A stretch of 55,848 nt of DNA, filler included, from Jimgerdemannia flammicorona (Eukaryota): the NCBI GenBank assembly GCA_003990765.1. It is 2 parts of 2 records of this genome, joined end to end, with 100 filler letters (N's around TTAATTAATTAA, not from the genome) between each part and the next. Parts side by side here need not be neighbours in the genome. Positions count along the whole stretch, not along the records: positions 1 to 27,897 come from RBNJ01000594.1; 1 more part is not named here. One strand, 5' to 3'. Below are positions 1-13,900 of the stretch, one piece after another. Made by a program: the position numbers and the translations under genes. Positions within the stretch are counted from its first letter, which is position 1; every line of letters begins with the position of its first letter. The notes beneath the pieces were generated by a model, which saw nothing but the letters and a program-made list of their open reading frames with translations, made no database searches and was not told the DNA's origin.

Positions 1-140
1 CCCCCTCTCCTCCTCTCCTCTACCCTCTCTTAATGAAAGACCACTTTGTCAAACACTATCTCCACCTACCCACTACTCTGTTCACAGATCCCTTCCACCA
101 GACAGTGACACCACCCACCCTGGGGACCCCAACAGTCTGC
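1..140 (-). mobile_element. 3'-terminal fragment of an L1/Tx1-like LINE (end of ORF2), runs off the window
   Basis: Reverse complement (..ttggggtccccagggtgggtgg..ctgtgaacagagtagtggg) resembles the ORF2 3' end of LINE-D at ~27820-27890; same G-rich sense-strand bias. Confidence 0.5.
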
Positions 141-655
141 TTGCTCATTCTTGTATCTTATTATGATAGAGACATAGTATATAACTAGCCTATAGTAGAG
201 TGAGATCCTAGTAGGAATATGATGGTATTTATCAGATACAATCTACTTGGTAGCTACTTCTTTAGCTGCAGAGGGTGAGATATAATCTAGAAATTCCTGA
301 GTGACTGCAGCAGTAGATTCTTGTGTCCTAGTGGTTCTAAGATGACTATAGAGAAGTGTGTAGAACCTATAATAGTTGACTATATTCCTAAGACCTGAGT
401 GAAAAGTCCTAAAGGTCTAGTATAGATCTTTATATACTTGATCAATTATAAAGTGGTAAATCCTTGGGTCTGTGGTTTCCTGATACTACCTAGTCCTAAT
501 GGCAAGGGCTTGTCTGGCTCTGGTTTTGGGGTTTGTTTCTAGGGAATCCACAGTTAGTTCTGGGAGTTACTCCTGTCCAAGGTTGGTCTTATTCCAACTT
601 CTTAGAAGTATGTTCTTGATGCCTTCTTGGTTTGATAATTCTGCTGCTACCAAGT
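141..655 (-). mobile_element. Decayed internal (leader/gag) region of an LTR retrotransposon, with PBS
   Basis: Follows the end of the minus-strand LTR at 656; minus strand reads TGGTAGCAGCAG at 652-641, a TGG-initiated PBS compatible with tRNA-iMet; no intact ORF. Confidence 0.6.
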
Positions 656-722
656 TGTAATAACTATTATTTCTATCCCTCTCTTATCCTTTGGATAATT
701 AGGGAAACAAGGTATTACTTGG

Positions 723-1481
723 TGTAATAGAACGAACGAGCAAACAGACGAGACGCGACGAGCGATCACGTGACCCGGCGATGACGTCATCATACGATCG
801 AGCGCGACATACGATCGAGCGCGACATACGATATTACGAACGACGAACGTAACGAACGATGCGAACAACGCGAATAAACGATATCCAGCTTATCCCCGGT
901 AATCGGCGCCGCAGTATGGCACCGCAGCAACCAGCACCGCAGTATGGCACTGCAGTAACCAGTGCCGCAGCAATGCTAGCAATAGATGTCGCAATCACAA
1001 ACCTCACCAGAAATCGCAGACCAACTTGTATAAATACCCCCAGTTTCCATCCGAAATAAAGCAGTTTTAGTTCAGTCTTTGATACAAGAATCAAGTCCCC
1101 CCCACACTCACATATTTCCCCTGAGTCTTAGTAATGACATCTAAGTGATTCTAGTATTTCTGACTAAACTCCAGAAGCCTAGCTAACTTCTGCCAGAACT
1201 GAGACTGGTATATAAATCCCCAAAGACTTAAGTAAACCCATTGAACCTGAATTCCAAGGTGAATTCAGTCTGTGCACAGCAAAGAACAAGACCCTTGAAA
1301 GATGGGGCAAAAGAGAAAGACCTTTGAAAGATAAGGTACTATTGCTACAACTACTTTTAAGTGAGTGCTTCCTCAAACTGAAGGCTTCTTGATACACATT
1401 GTGTACTAAGTCCCTAAGTAATAGTCTTACTTCCCTAATTATCCAAAGGATAAGAGAGGGGTAGAAGTGAGAGTTATTACA
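723..1481 (+). mobile_element. Solo LTR (759 bp) inserted antiparallel into an older copy of itself
   Basis: Termini TGTAATA...TATTACA; perfect 5-bp TSD CTTGG at 718-722 and 1482-1486. Confidence 0.92.
1029..1060 (+). promoter_or_regulatory. LTR TATA box (TATAAATA 1029-1036) and poly(A) signal (AATAAA 1055-1060)
   Basis: Motifs seen directly; the same TATA + AATAAA + cagtc arrangement recurs in the LTR at ~35259-35300. Confidence 0.6.
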
Positions 1482-2160
1482 CTTGGGGACTTAGTATACT
1501 ATATATGTATACTAAGAAGCCTTCAGTTTGAGGAAGTACTTGCTTGAAAATAGTAATAGTAGCAGTACTCTTCTTATCAATCTTGGTTGTAAGGGACTTG
1601 TTTATTGCTATATACACCTTGGAATTCAGGTTCAATGGGTTTACTTAAGTCTTTGTGATTTATATACTAGTCTCAGTTTTGATAGAAGTTAGCTAGGCTT
1701 TTGGAGTTCAGTTAGAAATACTAGAGTCACTTAGATATTATTACTAAGACTTAAAGAAATGTGTATATGTGGGGGAGACTTGATTTTTATATCAAGAACT
1801 GAACTAAAACTACTTTAATTTAAATGAAAATTGGGGAGTATTTATACAAATTGGTCTACAATTTCTGATGAAGTATAAGTAACTAATTTAGTAACTATAG
1901 TAAGATTTGTAATTACAATCTTTGTCAGATAGTTTGTAATCAGAAATATTTTGTAATCAGGACCTCTATTGCTAAATAATGATCAATATTACTATAGTAC
2001 TGGTTGCTATAATACTGATTACTAGAGATATGCTGGATATTGTTTTTTATATTATTTATTTGTTATATTTATCATTTGTATATATATATCACACTCAATT
2101 GTAATATCATTGCTGGGTTACATGATCTCTTATTATATATCATCTATTTGCTCTATTATA

Positions 2161-5100
2161 CCTGACTAGTACTCTACCCCTTCTACCACCCATTCAATAA
2201 GTCTAATATCAATTACTCTCATCTAGTAATCCTTACCCCTAGTATCAACTGTCTACCTTTCTCAAATATATACAAATAATATCCAGTAAGCCCAATCTAA
2301 ATAGCCAGTACCTATTCTAATATCAGTCACTCATCTTCCACCCCTCTCATCAATCTTCTCCTGAGGTCACCACATCTCTCTCCCATTATTAGCTCAGATA
2401 GATATATTCCCAACTACATCTCAATTATACTCCAAAAGTCCCCTATTACCTCACACTCCTCTAGCCAATATTCAGACATCTGTACTACTTCCTTCTCTTG
2501 CCCAATATTTAGACACTCTTCATACTCCCAGATACTCTCTTCTACCAAGTGACTCAACCAGTAGTTCAACATTATATTATGCTAAAGAAGTCTCCACTAT
2601 GCTACTTAGAACTTGGGGGCATCTATCTCACTACCTGTCTGCTCCATAGCTAAATACTATTTCAATCCTACTCTTCTTCAATTTCTACTCTCTGCCATAC
2701 CTTAGGCCACAGATCTCTCCTATACTCTATAGATACTCCATGCCATTCTCCAAGCAGAAGTTCTCTACTAATGCCCTACCTGGCAGCAGATGATCCCACC
2801 TCTATATCTGGGGTCTCCAGTCCTCCTATCTCTTATTACCCTATCATTAGAGATCAATATGGTGAGCCTCATCTATTATCCACTATCAGAATTCTTAAAA
2901 GTGTATCCTCTGACTCTCCTCCAAAGCTACTAGAGATAGTAGGTCCCTAGTCATACTCTAAGAAGAGAAATGGGTCTCTCATACTCTCTACATGAGGGGA
3001 ATTCACTTACTACCCCTCAACTCATTAGTATACTTTAGCCACTATGTCTATAAGTAATGAAGATACTTGGAAAAGTCTATCAGACCCAGTTCTCTCCAGT
3101 CTACTGATAAGGTCAACACCTCTCAGCCAATTTGACTCCATCACTCTACTCATATCCAGATTCTGACTATCTTCAATAATCTCTTGACCACTTATATCAA
3201 AAAGTTCAAGTAGTACCCCAGGTATTATAGCTTAGACAATCTCTCTATCAGAGATATATAATGACTACTCCACCTCAAGAGAGTACTTCTTCACTCCACT
3301 AACTGCTGTTTCCACTATCTGTAAGGTAGCAAGAAGCTATATACTAAGAAATAGATTCTTAGATACTAAATAGCCTCTTCTGTAGAGACAATCATTCCAA
3401 TCATATCTCTATCTACTATTCCTCCTCCTAACACTAAAGTCTCACACTTATATCAGTTGAGCTTAGCCTCTGAGTACTCCTCATACTACTTAACTACTCT
3501 TCTTAGTATTACCATATCCTCCACTGATCCTAACCTAACCACCATATCATCAGCAAAGGCCCCTACCTTTCAATTAACCTCCAGAATATCCAACCCTCCC
3601 ACCCTCTGCCAAATCCTATCCAGTAGTGGCTCCAGAGACAATATATACAAGATTAGTAATAGTAGATCCTCTTGTAGTACTCTTCTGCCTAGGGAAAATG
3701 AAACCTCTCTATAGTTATTTACCAGAATCACTGCCTGACTCTCTTTCAGCAGTCTGACCAAAACCTGCTAAACTTCTGAAGAAATTCCTATATATTTCAG
3801 CACTTCTTTCAACCATACTTACTAGACCCTGTCATAGGCCTTCTTCTGATTCAGAAAGACTAGTTGGCTATCTACCCTAGTAGTGCAAGCTTCTTAAATG
3901 ATACCATGTCTCCAGGCTATCCCATTTCTAATCAGACAACCCCCTATAAAATCTCTCTGTTTAGCCCCCAGTACTCACTGAGTTATACCTTACAGCCTAG
4001 CTACTAGTATCTTATGATTTATATCCAGAAGTATGATTGGTCTTCAGTTTTTCTACTCTTCTCTCTTTCTCTTATTCTTAAATAACAGAGCTATCAGACC
4101 TAAACAATGTTCTCCAATTCACTCTCCTGAACTAATAATCTTATTTCACATTATCATTATCTTCTCCAGAATTAACTCAACTCCTGCTATATTTTTCCAA
4201 AAATCTCATAATAAGCCATCTTCCTCTAGTGCTATCTCTGAGCTCATTATTATCAGTATCTGCTAAATTTTCTCCCCTCAGACAGAAGTGCCAAGATCAC
4301 CTAAGCCCTCTACCAAATCAGAGTACCAGTCCTTCAGGTACCTTTCAATATTCAGTACCCCCACTCTCTCTTTCTCCTTACTCCACAATTGTCCCTACTA
4401 TTTGCTCAACTAGTCCAAAATCTCTAGTATCTCAACAACCAACTCCCCAGCCTCATCCAAGACCCCCTCCCACTGCTGCTATACTCTCCTCACCTACAGA
4501 AGCTATAATAAAAATTTGATAGGCCTCTCTCTCTTCTCCAATCTCTACCACCTCAGTTGGGCTATCATGCTCTTAATCTATAGGTCCTCCTCTTGCCTCA
4601 GCATACTCTTCAACTCCTTCACCTTCAGCCTGATCTGCTGTATTCTCCAATCTTCCTTCTCACTATCATTCAATAGATCTGTCTAAGATACCAACAATCT
4701 TGTCAATCTCTGAGAGGTCTATCTCACTTAATTTTTTCTCTGAGTACCTCACATCCTTTCTGTCTCCCTCCAATACTGTTGTGTATTAGATTTTAATCTC
4801 TTCTAGTGATCTCCAATCACCAGCCCCTCTACTCTCCAAATAAGTATCCTAGAGCTAATATCTACTACCTATATATTCTATACGGAAACCTCTCTTAGCA
4901 AAAAGATATTCAAATACCAATGTCTAGGCCTCTCTCCACTTTCTCCAAAATACCCCCCCCCTCCTAGAAGACTCCAGTGGTCTGACCACAGATATCAAAC
5001 AGTTTCCAAAGTTCTTCAGATATCAACTTCTCAGCATTCAGTAGTTAATATTTAGTCAATCCTCAAGCCCAGCCCTACTACTTAATAAGTATAAACTCTA

Positions 5101-7603
5101 TGATCCCCTCATCCAAGTCTCTCAGTATTCACTAATGAGCTCAGATATTTGACTTTCTTCCAGGCTTTCATATTATCACTCCTATCAGTTCTTCTATCAG
5201 TTCTGTCTATCTTTCTATTATATATCATATTAAAGTTCTCTCCTAGACAGTTAATCTCTACCTCTATCAATACTTCAGACTCTTGTAGCCCTTGAATCTA
5301 TTCCACTCTCTTCCTCCTTTCCACTGGACAATAATATGACTCAACCATTAAGGATCTTTAGCCTGGTCTCTTCAAAACTCCCCATACTACCCTATTTCTC
5401 CAATATCCAATATCTCTAATGTCTTCTTTACCCTTCCTAATCAGAATACTCACATACCCATACCAAATAGCTATACTACTCCATTTCTTCATCTAGTCCA
5501 AAATATCCCAGTCTCTATTACACCTAATATCTTGTAGTAAAAACAAATCTGCATCTATCTCCTTCAGCTATCTAAAGATATTTCAATATCTTGCCACTTC
5601 TCATAGCTCATTGATATTCAAAGATAAGATTCTAGTTGTACTGTTTATATTGAATAATGTTATTTGAAGAACAGCTGTTTACTCTACAATTCCATACTTA
5701 CTATATCACTAGTAATATCTAGATTCCTCTCTACCTCAAGCTCATCTATCTCTCTCTGCTGAGCCTCCAATGCCTCTAAGATCTCCTGACAATATGTATC
5801 ATCTACAGCTTTCATCTTTATCTGGTATTTCTTACACACTAACTACTACTTTGCCAGCCACTTCCTTGGACCCTACATATATACAGTCTTATTATTTGTA
5901 ATTACTAGAAGTACTGCCTCTCTGTCATCATCTACTTGATATGTCTCAGCCTCTAGCAAAACTGCTATTATCTCATCTTGGAATTTCTACAGCACCTCCT
6001 CACTATACAGAATTTCACCCCAGTACCTCTCACTCAGTATCCAAAAGTCATCTCTCCTTCAGCTTCTCAGCCACTGTATTCTCTAGTATTTTCCACAGCC
6101 ATTTCTCCTCATCCACAGCCTCCTCCACTCTCTGGGCCACTCCCTTCCCTTCTTCCATCTGCTCACTTTTTATATTCCTTCTCACTAACTTGTCTCAATC
6201 CTCCTCTAGTATATGTATTTTACAGTTTGTCATCTCCTTCAGCTCTATCTGGCACTCCTTACTGAGGGTGCTCCCCCTCTACTATCTCCTTATTATCCAT
6301 AACAATACTCAGTTCTAAGCCTCCTCCCTCCCCTGGGGTTTTCTCTGGTGCCACTCTCTCCTCTCCTGTCTAGGCACTTGCCCTTGATCCAGCTTCTTCA
6401 ATAGTAGTCCCCCCAGCTATCTCTCCTTCCAACTTAATCAATAGATCCCTCTAAATATACCTCCCCTATACTCTCTCCCAGACTGTCTAATCTAGTTACA
6501 CCCTCTTGCAATTCACAATCTCCACTATTATCTTGGTCTCAAACTTCTTTCAGACTAATCTCCTCCTCTCCATAGCTCTAGCCAGATCCTTCAATATCTT
6601 CAGCAAGTCCTCTTCTTTCTCTGACATCCCTTTCACTCTTGATATCTTATACTCTATAGATCTCTATTTGAGGACTATTAGCTAGTCTCTCACTTTCTCC
6701 ATATTCTCCTTGCCTACTAGATATACTCTGATGTCTATATCTTCTATCCTAAACTCTATACCTTTTCAGATCCAAAACCCAATATCCATAATATTCTTAT
6801 ACTCCTTGATGGTCTCTATAATCAACCCTCTGACAATCTCCTTTGATATTATTAGAATATCCAATACTGTCAGCTGCACTACTTGAGGATCTCAGTATAA
6901 ACACTAGACTATAAAGATTGCTACCCCCCCCTCACTACTACTCCCTTCTCCATTACTTCCAATAGTATATCCTCCTTCTCAAAGCCTACCTCCACCTCTT
7001 CCTGACCCTTCAAAAATTTCACTGAGACTGCTCTCTTCATCTCTTAGGCCAGAAGCCTCAGAATCATTCTTATTGTTATTGCTAAGTCCTAGAAATACAA
7101 TATGACAGTAAATTTTGATCATGATTTCTTGAGTAATGGCACTGCCACCAGACCTGTTATACTATTTATCAGATCTCCAGACCTTGTGCCTACCCCTTGT
7201 CCAGATTCACTATCAACTGTTATATCTTCAGATTAGTAGTCTCCTTACTATCAGCAGTTCCACTCCCCCCAGCCACTACTCTCTCAGCCCTACTTCTCTC
7301 ACTACTATGGACTACTCCATCAGACTCTGCAGCCCTTGCTATCTCCTTGTCCTTTCTTAGCCAACTCTCCAATTCAGTTGATAAATGTCCCCCCTTCATC
7401 TTGTCTACAAAGCTCATCCTCCCAGTCCTCTGTTTCCCAGCACTGCCTCCTCCTCTTTTACATTCGCTAGTCAGCAAGTTCTGCATGCTTCTCCCCAAGC
7501 CATGACTTCTCCCAGTTAAATATACTAGAGCCACTCTGCCCAGCATATACCTTGGAATACTCATTGATTGCCATATTACTAATATCTATTTTCCAAAAAC
7601 AAT
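2161..7603 (-). mobile_element. LINE-A: near full-length decayed L1/Tx1-clade non-LTR retrotransposon (ORF1 plus EN-RT ORF2)
   Basis: 5' terminus tgtttttggaaaa..tagtaatatgg matches the LINE-C 5' end; ORF1 SFVDKMK motif; RT remnant (LGRRVLQEDLL..LYILSLEPLL); 3' end cut by the LTR at 2160. Confidence 0.85.
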
Positions 7604-10600
7604 ATCTTAAGTATTGCTCAAAGTTTATATAATCCAAATATTATCAGAGAAAGATGCAAGTCTGGGTTTGATTTATATCTTCTTGTACTGTGTAATCTGT
7701 ATTATTATATTCTCTCAATAGTATCTCTTAATATATCCAAAGTCTCCTGGAACTACTTCTTAGAGATAGGCTAGAGCTAGTTATTATCTTTGAACAACTT
7801 ATTAACTTATTTAGTAATTGTGATCTGAGTATGAGAGAGCTGGCACTCTCTGATCCAGTCTTCTTTTCTTATTTCTGGCTATGAGTTTGGTAGCTATCCC
7901 AACTTGAAGTATTCTTGAAACTCAGTCTGGTTCTGGTAAATCTTGAAATGTGAGATTCATAACAAGTATATCTGAACTATACTCTGGATGCTATCAAAGG
8001 ATTTTTCTATGATTGGTGATTTGATAGTATACCATTTTCTTTCTATAGCTCATTGTATAGTACTAATATTCTTAAGAGCTGCAGTAGTACTTTATTAATT
8101 AGCTATGATATTTCTTTAGTTGATTTTGGTAAATGGTAGTGGAGATGATTGTGCCAGAGAGTTTTTATAGCCAAAAGGTGGTTCCTTTTATATCTTGCAC
8201 CAAGTAAGGTCCTTTCCACTTAGGCTTTAGCTTTTATGACCATAAAGCTTCTACTATATTCTAATATACTAGAACTTTGTCTCCTATTTTGATAATCTTT
8301 AGAGACTTGTGAATCTTTTCCACATTATTCTATTATAGTATCTATGTCTTGATTATAATAATTCTTAACCTTTTTCCTAATTTGGTATAGTCTCTATATC
8401 TCTATATCCATGTATTTCCATATAGTATCTCTATTAGATAATAAGATTCCTTATGAACTTTCTTCTCTAAACAGCATCTCTTGAGAGGTAAAATGGGTAC
8501 TCTGTAATCAGATATTCTGAAGAGTAGCTAATACTATTGGCAGATAGTAATTCCAGTTTTTATAGTTATTATAGATTTTGGTAATAATATTCTTGAGAGT
8601 CTTATTAGTTCTTTCTACTTATCTATTTCTCTGAGAGTAATAGGCTATAGTCCAAATGTACTGGATCTTGTACTTTTTGTAGAAAATCTCAAAGAACTAG
8701 TTTACAAATTCTATTCCTTTATCTATAGTTACTTATAATGAGGTCTTGAATTATCAGATGATTTCTTTGTAGAAAAAATTAATAATTAACTATGCATTGG
8801 CTTTTTTGAGAGATCCTGCCTCTATTTATTTTGTAAAAAGGTTTATAATAATAATAATATATCAGTTGTCAGTCAAAGTCAGGGATAGAGGGTCAATTAT
8901 ATCTATTATTATATGGGCAAAGGATACTAGTTCTATATATACTGATCCTGGGATCTGATTTCATTGATCTTGTTTCTGTTTCTGGCATTTGGTACTGGAC
9001 TTGACAAATCATCTAATATCTTCTTCTATTGCCAGCCACTATATTGTTCATCTTGCTTTATCATATACATATATTTATTCCTCTTAGATAGCCAAGTTTA
9101 TATACTGATTTCATTACTTACTCTTTCTTGTATTCAGATATAACTAGTAGCTTTCCTTTCTTCAATATTTCTCCATTAGCTTTAAATTGTTTCCATGTTC
9201 TATTGATAATCATTTTTATCTATTCTTCCAGATATTGGAGTATCTTTTACTGTTCCAGATAAGTGATAATTTTATAGTAAAGCTTTTTATTCATTATTGA
9301 TTTATAGATTGGAAGTCCTTTAGGGTGTCTATAAGAGAGCATCTGCATTGATATTAGTTCTTCCAGAGCAGTGCATAATGGTTATATTATAGGTCTATAA
9401 CTTCATAATCCATCTGATATAGATTTCTTTAGATTGCCCAGTGGTTAGTAGCTAAGTGAGAGCTGAGTGATCTGTCTAAAAGTAAAGTATCTTCCTATAA
9501 GATAGTAGTGGAATTTCTCTATAGCTCAGATAACTGTAAGACATTCTAACTTATATAATTCATACTCTATTTTAGCTTTTCAGGTTCCTTGGCTGAGATA
9601 TGTGATTATATATTCTACTTTATCTTTCTTTTAGACCAAGACTACTCCTAGTCCTTATGTACTTACATCTGTCTACAGGATGAATTCTTGAGTCCAATCA
9701 AGTCTTCTGAGAATAGGTGCTTGAGTTAGTCTGATTTTGAGTTTATCAAATACTTTTTATTGTCTGCCAGTTTATTGAAACTTAATATTCTTCTTATTAA
9801 GTTTGTAGATAGGGCCTGCAATATTGGAGAATTCTTTAATAAATCTGCAATAGAATGAGACTAGTCCCATGAAGGCTTGGTCTAGTAGATCTTGGATATG
9901 CTACTATTGCTTAAATCTTAAGAGGATCTGTGTATATTCTATCTCAGTTAATAATATAGCTAAGATAAGAGATTTCAATTTCTGCAAACTTGTACTTCTT
10001 GGGCTTGATATAAAGACTATACTTTCTTAGCTTCTCTATCAACTACTGGATATACTATAGATATTCTTCTGATATCTTACTATAGATAATAACATCATCT
10101 ATATAAACTATCATCTATCTTTCTATATCATAGTGGAAGATTTTGTTCATCATTTACTAGAAGCTTACTAGTATATTATATATTCCAAATAGTATTCACA
10201 AATAGATATACATAGGTTCTGTTTAGAGTAATGAAGGCTGATTTTTTACTTACTACTTCTGTGAGGTCAATTTGATAGAATTCTGAATATAAGTCTAAGG
10301 TATTATAGTATTATACTTTATCTTCTAAGGTTACAAGGATATTACTAATGAGGAATGGTAACTGGTAATCCTTCTTAGTAATCAGATTGAGCTTTTTGTA
10401 ATCAGTATAGAGTCTTAGGGCAAATTCTCCTAGCTTGCTTTCTTTTTTGGGGGCTAGTATAACTGGTAAAGCCCAAGGACTGCTGACTTCTTTGATAATA
10501 CTTGCTTCTTTCATCTGCTTGATTTCTTCTCTGAGCCATCATAGTAGGCTGATAGTATTGGTGTTGCTTTTTGATAGATGGTTCAGTATCCTCTATATCT

Positions 10601-10994
10601 ATATTATAATAGTAGTGTGGAGTCTTTCTCTTGATATTCTTAAAGTCTGTAGCTAGGACATCCTTAAATTTATAGAATATCTTCTTGAGTTCCTTCTTGA
10701 GTGAAAATTCATCTCCAATAGTATAACTATACTTATTTGTGGGTTTCTCCTTCTTGTGATCCAGTTCAGTGATCTTGGTACTAGTAAATACTTCTTTTTC
10801 TGTAGATCTGAATTCTTTTCTTTCTCTTTCTGTTTCCTCCAGCTTCTTGACTTCTATAATTTTTAACTAAAGAACTGGAAAGATCAATATCTATATCAGT
10901 TAGTCCTTCTTCTTGATTGTAAATGAAATTATAGAGTTGTGGTTTCTAGTAATAAGTAGTATTTCTCTGATATAATCTGAATCAAAGACTTCTC
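7604..10994 (-). mobile_element. pol: Decayed Ty3/Gypsy pol region (dUTPase-RT-RNase H, then integrase, then a post-integrase region)
   Basis: RT SSPWALPVILAPKK..LYTDYKKLN (10311-10514); RNase H end NADAL (~9340); integrase C-terminal KGPYLV (~8210); interrupted by LINE-B at 10995 and LINE-A at 7603. Confidence 0.85.
10870..10994 (-). pseudogene. dut: dUTPase domain remnant upstream of RT
   Basis: Manual translation EVFDSDYIREILLITRNHNS..FTIKKKD*LI*ILIFPV matches dUTPase motif 3 (GVIDxDYRGE) and the motif 4 region. Confidence 0.65.
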
Positions 10995-13900
10995 TTTTTT
11001 TTTTTTATAGTTTCTTAGACTTCACCATTTATTATCAGTCTATCAAATATATATAAATACAGTACTCCAGCCCACTACCCAATCTCCCTAGGGGACTCCC
11101 CTCTCTATACTCTCATACTTGAAGCCACTATACCATCTACTACTATAACTCCTCCCCAACTCTGTCCACAAATCTTCTCTATCAAGTATTATCAATAACT
11201 TCCCTACAGACCCCATCCCAGCCATCAACCCATCAAGACATCTATCATCAACCCTTTCTATCTTACCAGCTACTCCCCCAAACTCAATTGTCTTCCCTTC
11301 TTAAATACAAACAACTAGTGCTCAGCTAGCTCTATCTATATAGCTAAAGTCCATCCAACTATGAGCTACTTATTTCCAATCCCCCCCACCAATCTATCTC
11401 TCAAATCTTCCCATCAACCTCACTCATCAACCTTCCTCCTCACTACTTCCAGTTGAGCTCCAACTGTCAACCAAAAGTCTCTAAGTATCTCATACTCTCT
11501 AAGCTAATGTTCTGGTATCTATATAAAATCTCCTTTCTGTTTTACATTATAATACTCCTCATACTCAAATTATCCACTCTCTATGAGGTGACCTGAGTGA
11601 AAATTGAGCATAATGTTCCTCTTCTACAAGTACCACCATACTATTCAGAACTTAGATAGTAACTATTGCTAGATTTCAGCACTTCAGAACCTGACTCCAT
11701 TTCAGTTCTACTCCTCTCCAATATCTGCTGTCTGCCATCTATTAGGCCATATATTCTGCCCTAACCCTTCCTGGCACTCTACTCTATTACCAATATTAAA
11801 GTCAATCAGCAGAGTATCTCTCAATAACATGTGATCTCATCTCTATATTGCTGGACTCCATAATATCTCTCCCTCAGCTCTCTGCTAGTAAAAACTGATA
11901 CAGTGTGCCCTATCAACTACTCTCTATCAGAAGCCCTTATACTACATATACCTACTACTTCTAAGTCTAACTAAGGATAAAAGATCTCCAAAAGAGCTCC
12001 TTAGTAAAAATCTCATCTCTCAGACCTTTTATATCAGAAGAACCCAGCCACTACCTCTCAGTTCTATAGCTCTCTTTAGCCACTATGCTTTCAGACAATA
12101 TAGCCTCTTTGGGAAGTCAACTAGTCTAAGACCTCCTCTATTCACTGGTAATAACAGAACTTCTCAGCTAATCTGACTTTATATTTTAGCCTAGATCTAG
12201 TTTTTGATTAGTTTCAAAAACCTTCTTACTATCTAAATCAGAAAGTTCAAATAATATGCCAAATATCATAGCTTCAGAAGTCAGTAAATATTCAAAATTG
12301 AAACATAGCCTACTAAAGAGATATGATAGTCTCTCTAGCTCTACAGGGCCTCTCCCCAAATAGCCACTCTCTACTCTTATTAAATTTTAGATAGCACTGA
12401 TCTATAGACTAAAAGAAAAATACCCAAGTACTACACAGCATCTCCAGCAGAAACAATTGTTCCAATGATATTCCCTCTTACTAGATTATTGCCCAATACT
12501 ATGTTTTTATACTTGTACCAGTTAAGCTTCACCCCAGAGTATACCTCATACCACTCTATTGTTTTCTGAAGTACTCTTATATCTGCAATTGACCCAAGAC
12601 CCACTACTATATCATCTACAAAGACTCCAACCTTCCAGACAATTCCAAATATAGAGAGCCCCACCACCTCATACCAAATTCTATCCATCAATAGCTCCAA
12701 AGATAGAGTATACAAAATAGAGAATAGCAGGTCTCTCTGAGGAATACCTCTACCTAGAGAGAATACCACTCTCTGATGACTATTATATATGAGTACTGCC
12801 TACTTCCTTCCAGTAGACTGATTATTAACACTTAGAACTGCTGAGAGACTTTAATTCTATTCAGTATCTTTGTCAATCAGACCTGTTAGACACAGTCATA
12901 GGTCTTCCTCTGATCTAGAAAGACCAATCTCCCATCCAACCCATATGCTCAAGCCTCTTTAATAATACTATAAATCCAAGCTATACTATCCCTGATAAGC
13001 TAGCTCTCAATAAAGCCCCACTGCTCCTCACCTAAGACTTGCTGAGCCACCTTCTGCAGCCTTACAACAACTATCTTAGTGACCATCTTTCTGTCTATAT
13101 CCAAGAGTATGATTGGTTACCCGTTCTTCCAATCCTCTCTCCTGCTCTTATTTTTATACAACAGTACCATCAGCCCCAGATCCTACTCCTCCACTCACTT
13201 TCCTGACTGTAATACTAAGTTACAAAGTACTATCATCTCTCCCAACACCCCAGAGACTTCCACCATCTTCTTTCAGAAGTCCTAAAGCAGACCATCCTCT
13301 CCTGGTATAGTGCCCAGCATAGTCACAGCAAGAACCTAGTATATCTCCTTCTCTTGAACTAGTAATACCAAACTGCCTAGCCTATTTACTTATAGGGAAT
13401 ACCACTTTTTTAAAGTATATTCAATGGTGGCAACATCAGCCCCACCCTCCTCCTCACTCCATAGACTACTCCACCTCTCCTTTAGTAAGTCCAAAATGTT
13501 TTATGAACCATATACTAGCAGACTATCAGAATCCAGTACTCTTATCTCACCCTCCTCACCTAAAGGAGCCTTGAGAGATACTTAGAGGGCCTCTCTATCT
13601 TCTCCAGCTCCTGCTGGTACAGTCATATAGCTATTTCTTATATACAAGTCTCCTTCTCCTCCTTCAATATCTGTTGTAACTTGATAACCTCTAGCTTTGC
13701 TTGCAATAACCTTCAATCCTCAATCCTCTTCAAGTTCAAAAGATCTGCTCAATTCTTCTGAAGCTGGGCCAATCTAGTAGAGGCCCAGACCACCCTCCTC
13801 TGCCACTATCTTCCAGTCACCTTGCTAGCCTCACCTCAGTAATCTCTAGTAGCCTCTTTTAATCTCACCTATTGAATATCCATAGAGGTGCCCTCTCAGA

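Larger units (their letters stand above)
656..2160 (-). repeat. Older 5' LTR (Ty3/Gypsy-like), split by insertion of a same-family LTR
   Basis: 656-722 and 1487-2160 are reverse-complement matches to the 723-1481 LTR (e.g. ttccctaattatccaaaggataagagaggg; tataaata; gggacttag), with CpGs converted to TG/CA/TA. Confidence 0.85.

Noticed and set aside
647..1094. Three short ORFs over the CpG-rich segment
   Set aside because: They lie in LTR U3; open only because of high GC and short repeats; no protein motif
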